Positions 19,976-28,525 of a stretch of DNA of 32,000 nt are shown here, piece by piece (within the stretch, counting starts at the first letter, position 1; every line of letters starts with the position of its first letter). The notes under the pieces are model-generated. The model made no database searches, was not told the DNA's origin, and saw nothing but the letters and a program-made list of their open reading frames with translations. The DNA is from Trichodesmium erythraeum IMS101 (GTDB lineage Bacteria > Cyanobacteriota > Cyanobacteriia > Cyanobacteriales > Microcoleaceae). Both the position numbers and the translations under genes were made by a program. The DNA lies in contig NC_008312.1 in the NCBI RefSeq assembly GCF_000014265.1, positions 270,001 through 302,000 on the forward strand. The letters run 5' to 3'.

Positions 19976-21565
19976 TTAAATTGAACTATTCCAAGAAATA
20001 GTATTAGTTGTGGGTAATCCCCAACTCTTATTATTTCCTACAGTTTCATTATCTAAAGTATCAACAACTTTCTGATAAACTTCCTCTGCTTGTTTAGGAG
20101 AATTACCAATACTTGTTAAGCCTAATTTGCCAAATTGTGATAAACAACCCATCATATGAAATAACGTTCCTGTTTCAGTACTACTATCAAAATGTAATCT
20201 ATTAAAAGCCACAATATCCATTAAATCATTAGGCAATAAACCCCGATAACAAATTTTTTGTAAATTGTCCGTAGCTTTGTAAAATTTTGCAGGCCCGTGC
20301 TGACTATAAAATAAACCAGTTTCATAATCATAACTTCCATTTGTTAATAACTTTAATGTCATAAATGGATGAGTTGTACCACCCCGACGTAAGTTAATTT
20401 CAATCGCAAATAAATCCCATTTTGGCGATTTATTTGTACCTTTATTTACAGCGATAAAATCTACTCCAAACTTATCCAAAGCACCTTTTCTCGCCAAAAC
20501 TTTTCCGATTTTTATACCTAAATTTTGTAAATTTAATCGGTAAGCTTCATCAGCAGGAAAACGACAACCGATAAAAATTTGCCCATCAGGTCCCCCCAAA
20601 ATTTGGTCATGGGTAGAGATAATTTCAACTTCACCTTTAGGTGTAATTCGAGCTTGCACACTGGGCGATCGCTTCACATCTCCCTCTATAAAAGCTTCTG
20701 CTATTGCCCCTAGTTCAAAAATGCGCTTACTAAAATTTTCCCAAGTTTCATCAACAGACTGAAACCGCAGTGTCCTAAAACTATTAAGTATAGCTTTCAC
20801 CCTATCACTCTTCCCGACTTTTTGTAGTGGTTGTAAATCTAACAGGGCATTACCTTCTCCTGAAAAACCCTCATTCAACTTAATAACTATCCGTTGGAGG
20901 TGAGGTTGCCGTTCCCACAACTGGGATGTTACTAATGCCAAATCATCAACATTCCAAACTAACTCACTACCATCAGGATGAGGAATATTACATTCAGTAA
21001 AGATTTGTCTACTACCACTTTTAGTACCCCAATAACTCAAATCTGGGTCTGTCCCTAATAGAGGAATACCTAAGTGCACAGACAATTCTCGTTCAAGTGG
21101 AGTACAATTATAACAAACCATGTAAGATTTTTCCTGACGCAACGCCAGATGAATACGCTCAATGAGACGGGGGCGTTCTAAAATTTTTTCAGTTAGAGGC
21201 CTGCTAGAAGCATCATAAGTAGCAAATAGGAGCAAGCGATCGCGAGCGTGAGAAAAAGGAATTCCTGGTAATAGTTGCAAATAGTAGTCAATAATGCTGG
21301 GATGTAGAGGTTCAGAAGTAACATAAATTAATCGGGTGCGGGGGTTACGCAGACGTATTAAAGAAAATAGATGTCGTTCTTCGTAATTGTGAGCACCCTG
21401 TATTTTTAGCAACTCTCGTTGGTCTAGGCTTACAGAAGGGATAATCAAAATATCCGAGTCACCCTGGTCAGGTAAATCTATATTTTGCCAGCGATCGCAT
21501 AAATGAGTTTGTAGTTCCCTGAATAGTAAGGCTTTTTCTCTATTAGCAGTATCTAATTTTGTCAT
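19976..21565 (-). CDS. ATP-grasp family protein (resembles PGM1-type peptide-ligase-related proteins conserved in cyanobacteria)
   Basis: 529-aa ORF with non-repetitive composition. The C-terminal FAIEINLRRGGTTHPF block resembles the ATP-grasp Mg/ATP site region. The family name comes from memory, not a search. I use ATG 21565; the track start at 21577 is a TTG. Confidence 0.6.
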   Translation of the reverse strand: MTKLDTANREKALLFRELQTHLCDRWQNIDLPDQGDSDILIIPSVSLDQRELLKIQGAHNYEERHLFSLIRLRNPRTRLIYVTSEPLHPSIIDYYLQLLPGIPFSHARDRLLLFATYDASSRPLTEKILERPRLIERIHLALRQEKSYMVCYNCTPLERELSVHLGIPLLGTDPDLSYWGTKSGSRQIFTECNIPHPDGSELVWNVDDLALVTSQLWERQPHLQRIVIKLNEGFSGEGNALLDLQPLQKVGKSDRVKAILNSFRTLRFQSVDETWENFSKRIFELGAIAEAFIEGDVKRSPSVQARITPKGEVEIISTHDQILGGPDGQIFIGCRFPADEAYRLNLQNLGIKIGKVLARKGALDKFGVDFIAVNKGTNKSPKWDLFAIEINLRRGGTTHPFMTLKLLTNGSYDYETGLFYSQHGPAKFYKATDNLQKICYRGLLPNDLMDIVAFNRLHFDSSTETGTLFHMMGCLSQFGKLGLTSIGNSPKQAEEVYQKVVDTLDNETVGNNKSWGLPTTNTISWNSSI

Positions 21566-21632
21566 AGTTTTTATCAATTATTATTGAGTTTGATAGAACT
21601 AATTTGACATCTATAATAATCAGCATTTAGTG

Positions 21633-21818
21633 CCTTTGGGTAAGTCCCGTTTATCTAAAATGGCCCTCGCTATCGTCCCCAAGCCAAGGGATGAACAAAC
21701 CCATTCTACTTTGTAAACCTTTAAGTTTGCCCGTAACTTTCTGGTTTTAAATTACCCAACCCTCTTGCTCCTCTCTCACCGAGAGGATAGGGGTTGGTTA
21801 CCCTTTCTCTTACCTAGG
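21633..21818. other. GC-rich, helix-rich island 68-253 nt upstream of the ATP-grasp start codon
   Basis: Outer pairing: cctttgggtaag (21633-21644) with cttacctagg (21809-21818). Hairpin 21715-21747: aaacc/ggttt plus aagtt/aactt. Long hairpin 21756-21797: ccaaccc/gggttgg plus cctctc/gagagg. All pairs are Watson-Crick, so the strand is undetermined. Confidence 0.3.
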
Positions 21819-22226
21819 GATGTTAGATAAAGGCGTCGGTACAAAATCAATTTTTATCAGCTTGGATAATAGATAGTTTAAAAATTGCTGCTATAGCTAA
21901 AGAGCACTCAGAAACCTCTAATAACCACTCTAACCTCTCTCACTTCTTGAGTTTTTTTTCGCTTGAGTAATAAACTGTTTGTATAGCAAGGGAGCTAACA
22001 GGTTTTTTCTGTTTTGATTGATACTTTTCACTTTTTTTGCTAAACTATTATTTCCAACAAGACGGACACAACCATTTGCTCCTTTTGCGCTCTCGGTATT
22101 TTTGTCCCAATGTTGGATATATACGGCACTTAAATCTCGCTTTCATAAAATAAAATGGATTTGTAACTCACAAAATGATAACATAATAAGAATAACCAAA
22201 AAATTACCGTAGAAAGGTGAGGCTTT

Positions 22227-22269
22227 CAAGCTAGTTTTTTGGTAATTCAAGCTAGTTTTTTGGTGAATT
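22227..22269. repeat. 21/22-bp tandem duplication in a spacer
   Basis: caagctagttttttggtaatt followed directly by caagctagttttttggtgaatt. Confidence 0.85.
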
Positions 22270-22666
22270 TTCAGAGTGATAACTTCTGGGAAGTGATTTT
22301 TCAACTTAGCTAAAAATTTCAGAGTTGTTAGATTGTAAGACCTAGGCTTGGGAAAATGCCAAAGGAAAACAGATCTAGTTGCCTATCTCTTATATTACCT
22401 AATTTTTAGTAATCTGTCTTAAAATTTGACATATACTTTTATATGCCTAAGTAGTTTAATTACTTGAAATCCAATATTAATCAGGAATAAAGCATAATAT
22501 TCTTTTAAAAAGAATTTTTATCTGAACTGAAAAAATATTAGAAAGAAGTATAACAAAAGTCAGAAACGAAGATGATAAAAGAATTTATTGAATTACTCAA
22601 GAGGGGAGACTACAACCTAAGAGATCTATCCAATAAACTAGACCGAAACAGTTTTAAATTATTACT

Positions 22667-22939
22667 TTAATCAAAATAATTCATATCATCATCTTTGTTA
22701 CTACGAGCGTACTTAGAAGGTGGGCGATCGCTACTCCAAGCCCACCAACTAGTATTACAATGACAATAATAAAATTCTTGCCATTTGCGACGACTATTTT
22801 CTGTATATACAGGCGATCGCCGATTTATCCATACAGCTTGTGCCTCCATTGTGCTTGCCCCACATTTAGGACAACAGAAACCAAACCCATGAATTGCTGA
22901 GTTAGTCCATTGGGGAGAAATTGGATTAAAAGCTTCCAT
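22667..22939 (-). CDS. Small conserved zinc-ribbon-like protein (90 aa)
   Basis: CCPKCG ... CHC cysteine/histidine pairs. Trp-rich, non-low-complexity composition (WWAWSSDRPP). Two HIP1 sites lie inside the ORF. ATG at 22939. Confidence 0.65.
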   Translation of the reverse strand: MEAFNPISPQWTNSAIHGFGFCCPKCGASTMEAQAVWINRRSPVYTENSRRKWQEFYYCHCNTSWWAWSSDRPPSKYARSNKDDDMNYFD

Positions 22940-24278
22940 TATTCACTTTATAATTATCAAATATTATTTATGTAAATATCTTAACTCAAAACTAGACAAA
23001 AAATTTACCTTCCATAAGAAAATTTTATCTTGAATAGGAACCAGTAGACATCTTGAAAAATGGGTCACTTATTAAATTAAATTTTTTCCCTTGTATACTT
23101 TACGCTCTTTTCTTCTCAACTTAGTTTTAACCCATCAGCATGAAAATTGACAAAATAGTGGTGAATAGGGAACAAGTAAAACAATATTTACCTTCTCATT
23201 TGTATCACATTAATCTGCAACCTACTGTAAGCTCTAATATATGTAGCAATCCCAAGTAAATCATAACAGATATAATAGTAAAAATAATATCTTTTTTTGG
23301 TGTTTCATCACTGCGGGATGATTTCTAATGAAGTAGAAAATTTTAATTGACGTATACCCCCGCCCAATCATGAAAATAAATTGTCTAAAATATGACTCTA
23401 ATAACATTATAAAAAATAGTCTAAGAAGGGGGGGAATTTATCAATATCAGAATTGTAGCTGCCAAGTTATTAAATATTATTCTGAACTAGGCAGCAAAAA
23501 CTTTATCATATAATCTGAGTTAAATTCTGTAATTATTATTTGGAGCGATCGCTATTTTATTAAAACCTTAAAATTAGGAATAAATTACATATAATCTTGC
23601 AATAGTACAGTACCAATAATCCTACTAAAAATGATTAATTAGTGAAATAAAACAAAAGTTATAGAGGATAAATTGGCTAAATAGCAACTACACATATAAC
23701 TCATAAAGCAAGCAATATTTATGATTAACAATATCATCTGCTATGAGGATATATTTTAAGTTATGGTTGAGAAACAACAGATAAAAAAAGAGAAATTTTA
23801 CTTTACTAATAAAAAAGAAAAGTCGACTTATTCTGGTACCTTAGACTATCAAAACCCAGAATTTATTCATCTTGAAAAGATGTCGAAATACTGCAAATAC
23901 CATAAAAAATATTTAAGTATTTACAGCAGCAAAATCCCGGAAAAATATCAGCAATATTTGGGCATAGAGCAACTGATCATAATTTGATATAATTCTAATT
24001 AACATTTAATGATAATTAATACTCAAAATCCGAAGCATAATCCTGGATAAATTGTACAAAATTTGTTCCGATGCCTCGGGAAAAACCCTGTTAAAGATAT
24101 TTGGTAACTAGCCCAAAACTTCATCAGACAATTTGCTCATCTTTGTAGTTATTTAAAAATAGTTAAGTTATTTAAAGTTTTTGTTACCGATATTTGAATA
24201 TTCAACTTTTCCAAAGTTTTTAAGTATGGAATTTTGCCACAACCAATGTGTGGACTACTATAATTATTTCACCACTTA

Positions 24279-24905
24279 TCAATAACGAAAAAACCACATC
24301 GCATAATCTTCTAATAATTGAGCATTAACAGAGTTTTCTGCAACCGCTTCTAAATCAACCAATGGCAATGTAAACTTTAAATTATCTGTAGTACGTTCTA
24401 ACACACCTAAAATTCCATCTTCGACGTCTAATTTCTGGTCTAAATTTAAAAGATTAAACTTATCTGTGTAAGATGGTTGTGTCTTTTTGAGCTTTTTATA
24501 TTCTTTTGTACTTCCTGGACCCATCGTATAATATTCTTCCCATTCAAACTCTTCCATACCTTTAACTAAACAAGGAATTTTTAGATTTTTCTTCAGATAT
24601 TTTAAATACTTTTTTAAATTACTTCGATTAACTTCTAAATTTGTAGTGCCGAAAACTTCTTCTAATTTTTGTTCAAAAACTTCCCTCCGATTTTTTTCTT
24701 CTTCATCATTATCTTTTACTATCTCTTCAAAAGCATCAATATGCTGTAAAAAATCTTCAATAGGCGCAGTTCTACCTAAATTTTCTCTACCATTCAGTTT
24801 AGATGTTTTTCCTGATACAATAGTCTCATCAATTTCAATTGGTTTCAGGTGTATATTATCAGGTTTAGACTTATTTTTATTTGGTCTTTGATTAGATTTT
24901 GGCAT
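24279..24905 (-). CDS. Acidic protein with C-terminal CcbP-like (cyanobacterial calcium-binding protein) domain and K/E-rich N-terminal extension
   Basis: The C-terminus LPLVDLEAVAENSVNAQLLEDYAMWFFRY parallels the Anabaena CcbP ending (...LSDIEAIDVDDDTQEAIADWLYWL...) as I recall it. ATG at 24905. Confidence 0.5.
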   Translation of the reverse strand: MPKSNQRPNKNKSKPDNIHLKPIEIDETIVSGKTSKLNGRENLGRTAPIEDFLQHIDAFEEIVKDNDEEEKNRREVFEQKLEEVFGTTNLEVNRSNLKKYLKYLKKNLKIPCLVKGMEEFEWEEYYTMGPGSTKEYKKLKKTQPSYTDKFNLLNLDQKLDVEDGILGVLERTTDNLKFTLPLVDLEAVAENSVNAQLLEDYAMWFFRY

Positions 24906-24990
24906 ATAATTCTTACCTTATTCAGGTTTATCATTTAAAGAGTATATATATAGAATAAAAAATTCCATTAATCTATCTGACGAGTAAACT

Positions 24991-25656
24991 ATGACACAAA
25001 TAACACAGTCCCCAGAACCAATAATTTATCAAGGACAGTTCGGAGATTTTACTATAACTAAAAGCGATCGCCTTAGTGTAATTATTTATCGTAGTGGCTT
25101 AATGATAGCTGCTCTTAGTTTTGCATTAGGCAGTGTCCTAGTATTATGGCTTGGTGAAAACCCCATCATCATTAAAGCACTTACGCCCATCATTGGCTGT
25201 TTTTATCTAGCTAGTGCTGTAAGTTTAACCACTATTCATATTTATATGGCCAGCTTACATCGACTACTCCAACTATTTTGGATCATAGGGACTATTACTA
25301 CAGTAATCTTAGCAATTAAAAGTAGTGACCCACTTGCATTAACAGTTTACAACAATCCTGTCTCTATTTTCGGTGTAGGTTTTACATTTGCTGCTTTGAC
25401 TGGTATTTATTTCAAAGAAGCTTTTTGCTTTAACCGTTTAGAAACTAAATTACTCACACCTTTAGTACCTTTTTTACTCTTATCTCATTTGGTTGGTTTT
25501 TTATCAATTGAAATGAAAGAGTTTTTATTAGGAACTTGGGCTTTCCTATTTATGATTTTTGCTATCCGAAAGGCATTTCAACCAATACCTCCAGATATTG
25601 GGGATAAGACTGTTTTTGAATATTTACATCAACAAAAAAAATTGGAAAAAAGCTGA
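24991..25656 (+). CDS. Integral membrane protein (about 6 TM), conserved cyanobacterial type, function unknown
   Basis: 221 aa with multiple hydrophobic helices. Transcribed divergently from 24279-24905 across an 85-bp spacer. Confidence 0.7.
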   Translation: MTQITQSPEPIIYQGQFGDFTITKSDRLSVIIYRSGLMIAALSFALGSVLVLWLGENPIIIKALTPIIGCFYLASAVSLTTIHIYMASLHRLLQLFWIIGTITTVILAIKSSDPLALTVYNNPVSIFGVGFTFAALTGIYFKEAFCFNRLETKLLTPLVPFLLLSHLVGFLSIEMKEFLLGTWAFLFMIFAIRKAFQPIPPDIGDKTVFEYLHQQKKLEKS

Positions 25657-26552
25657 TCATCCTTAGACAATAGTTAGGGTGGGCAAATATTGCTTAGTTT
25701 AACATAATATGTACTACTAAAAAATTGCCCACTATACTAATTAAAAAACTTGAAATCTAGCTTTTTTTATTTGCCTTTTCCCTCTTGTCTGTCATATATC
25801 AATGTCGCTGAAAAAAACATCAAAAGCAGTTTAAAAATAACCTCTGTTAAAGTAATTTTTATTAATATATGTTCTTGAAAACTCCACCCTAGTCGTAACT
25901 GAATGATTGATTAAAATGTTTTTATTTCAGATATTTACAGCAACGGTTTGTGGAAATTAAACATTATGGATTTTTTAGCCATATTTACAGTAATTATAGG
26001 GATGATTTTGATAAAAAACTCCTCATAACTTGATAGCTGATTAAATGTAGCGATCGCCCACAATGAAATTTTCAAATTTTAAGTCCAGATAAACGTAATA
26101 TTTTCAAGATTAATGTCAATCAATAATCAATTATATTGACTTATCACTATAACAGAGGACTACCAAGTCTTCGATCAAAATAAAAATATAATATGCTATT
26201 TTTATCTACTGTAGAATTCTATAATACCTCATTTATCTTCAAAATTATGATTAGATTGCTTGCTATACTAGTAACAAAAACAGAACTTTATTAATTGACT
26301 TTCACTTAATAACTAACTACAGCTAGAAGGGTAGATACTGATATGGTTTTTACGAGTTCCTTCGGACAAGCACAAGTACGAGTATAAGTTATGTGTTTCT
26401 GAGCTCATCATTATTTACAGATAGTTCCCTAATTTTAAAACTTTTTCTAATTGTAGTTTTGTTAAGAGGATTTGACTTAGACTTGAATTTCGACTTAACG
26501 AATCTTAAATTTTGGACTTAGATTCTAGTTTATTGTACCATTTGCTGTTATT

Positions 26553-26687
26553 ATAAGTAGGTCGGTGTTAAAATTTGTCGCTATGTAACAAAATGTAAAT
26601 TTACTCAAATAAACTGTATGGAGTAGCTTAGAGTCAACACACAAATCTTAATATAGCTAAGTTTTTTTTTCACCCTTACCTACTTAT
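26553..26687 (-). mobile_element. MITE-like dispersed repeat, copy B (inverted relative to copy A)
   Basis: Perfect 10-bp terminal inverted repeats: ataagtaggt (26553-26562) and acctacttat (26678-26687). The interior aligns to 15081-15216 in reverse complement. Confidence 0.55.
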
Positions 26688-27093
26688 TATCCTAATTTCT
26701 CTTTCTTGTGCAACAACAAAACCTTGTAGTTGTAGTTGCGATCGAGACTAGAATGCTAGTTATATTCAAGCAACGGCTGTCAGTTGGATCGTAATAGCCT
26801 GTGGACTGGATAACGCCAACTTTATCAGAACAAAACAGAAACAGAAATAGACCAAAATAAAAAAAAAGGAAGTTTTAGATTTCACGCCGTTAGACTAAAG
26901 CACTCAAGAGTGATAGATGAAATGACTCTCATGGGAAATTACTTTTGAGTTCTAGGAAAACTTACACTTTCTTGGTTTTGGTGAGGTATAGGTATGAAAT
27001 CTAAATTTGTCAAGTTAAAAATGCTTTTTAATTAGGAATTGGGTGGTCGCTATTTCCAGAAAAATCATAGTCAAAATTATCAAAGCTGCTTTC

Positions 27094-27624
27094 TTAATTA
27101 CCAGTTTGTTGTTGAATACGAATTAATTCAGCTTGAATTTTTTCTCGCCAAGTTTTATCTTTTCTTTGGATCTGTGTAATTTCATTAAACCGAGAAACCG
27201 TCAAATCATTTCCTTCAATAATTTTTTTAGCTTGCTTGCAGTAACTCATAGCAATTACCTGAATATTTTTTGGTAAAGCATTAACACTACTTTTCTCATT
27301 ACAAATTATTGGTGGAACAGACCCTCCGGGACTTCGTTTTTGAAATTCATTTTTAATTTCTCTATATACTTCTATTCTTAGATTCTCAATTTTTAATACT
27401 GAAAAAGCATATTTATTTATTTCTTCAGGAGTAATGGCTTGATCTGTGAGTAATTCTTGAGCATAGACTGCTGTAGTAAATATAGAATCTAATGAAAGGT
27501 TAAACCATCTAGGTGTTATATTTATCATTAAACCTAATGTAGACAAAGTTACTACTAATACAGACCTGGACAACAACCTCTGGGGACATAGTTGAATAGT
27601 ATGAGCTAAAGCTTTAATTTTCAT
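27094..27624 (-). CDS. Secreted DUF4168-like protein
   Basis: Signal-like N-terminus. ITPEEINKYAFSVLKIE ... LTVSRFNEITQ repeats the helical pattern seen in DUF4168 proteins. ATG at 27624; the track start at 27636 is a TTG. Confidence 0.6.
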   Translation of the reverse strand: MKIKALAHTIQLCPQRLLSRSVLVVTLSTLGLMINITPRWFNLSLDSIFTTAVYAQELLTDQAITPEEINKYAFSVLKIENLRIEVYREIKNEFQKRSPGGSVPPIICNEKSSVNALPKNIQVIAMSYCKQAKKIIEGNDLTVSRFNEITQIQRKDKTWREKIQAELIRIQQQTGN

Positions 27625-28525
27625 ACTTCTGATCAAAAATAAGAATTAAACTATAATATATAGAATTGTATTAACCTGAAAAAGTTCCAGATTAGAGAGT
27701 ATCTGTAAATCAAATATTAAATCTTGATTTAGAGTGAGTTAGGTGCAGATGTACCCATTCAACCTAATAATCTCTGTGATTAGCCTGTAACCCAGGGAAG
27801 CTTTGACTTTGAATAGACCTGAAATTTATTTACACATACCTTCTTAATTAATTATATTTAATGAGAGTAGAGAAAATTTAATTAACTTAATATCTGTAAT
27901 ATTATCTCTACTTTCCATAAAAAAAATTAATTAGTAAAGTCTATATAAGTGATAAAATTAGTGTATTTTAATATTTTATTTTTAATAATTTGTGTTTTAA
28001 AACCTCAAATAATTTGCTAATTTTAGTAGAAAAATACCAATTATAGATACTAAAAATCGAAAAAAATTAAATCACTAACTAGGCTTTATAAATGTTTGGT
28101 ATCAATAAATTTTAGGGTAATAGCAGTAAGTTTGAGATGATAACTAAATCTTCATTTTATCTGATTAGTAAATTAATAACTTTGTCCTATTTTTCAGAAC
28201 AAAAATATGAATTTATAGTTGAATTTTAATAGTAAAAATAATAGTAAGACTATTTTTATAGATATAATACTAAGAGTAACCAATGTTTTTGACAAATGGT
28301 AAGGGCATATATTGAATAGAGCTAGGTCAGAAGGAAGAAGTAAGAAGAAGAAAATATTGAAAAAAAATGTATATAATGATAGGCATATATATCTCAAATC
28401 AATTGGAGCAGATATTTTTAAAGATATCAAATTAAGATGCACCTTTTTGTAGCATTCTTTTTTCAAAGTGGTATAATTAATTATCTACATTGACTGAATT
28501 GTTAGTATTTAGTTTACAAATCATA

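Noticed and set aside
22018-22212. Spacer ORFs from the track (22018-22212, 23763-23987, 28194-28466, 30471-30743)
   Set aside because: They are AT-rich with low-complexity K/F/L/I-dominated translations, no Shine-Dalgarno and no HIP1 sites. They are consistent with random open frames in AT-rich DNA.
22572-22670. 32-aa ORF (MIKEFIELLKRGDYNLRDLSNKLDRNSFKLLL) converging on the zinc-ribbon gene; also a 44-aa ORF at 31732-31866, a 39-aa ORF at 23140-23259 and a 20-aa ORF at 25966-26028
   Set aside because: The composition is protein-like in places, but there is no ribosome-binding site and no supporting context. They cannot be distinguished from chance or gene relics without comparative data.
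26474-26520. Four GACTTA/GACTTG hexamers within 47 bp next to MITE copy B, as a possible operator array
   Set aside because: The spacing is irregular (6, 12, 23 nt), the motif is short, and there is no adjacent regulated gene.
15081-26687. MITE-like pair as a template/variable repeat pair of a diversity-generating retroelement, given the nearby RT fragment
   Set aside because: Mismatches between the copies are not adenine-specific and include indels. Neither copy lies in a coding region. The RT fragment is followed by a group II intron domain V.
26700-26877. Moderately GC-rich stretch with a ~58-codon open frame on the minus strand
   Set aside because: The frame is bounded upstream by a stop with no ATG/GTG/TTG before the informative part. 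The translation is partly poly-F/L and has no recognisable motif.
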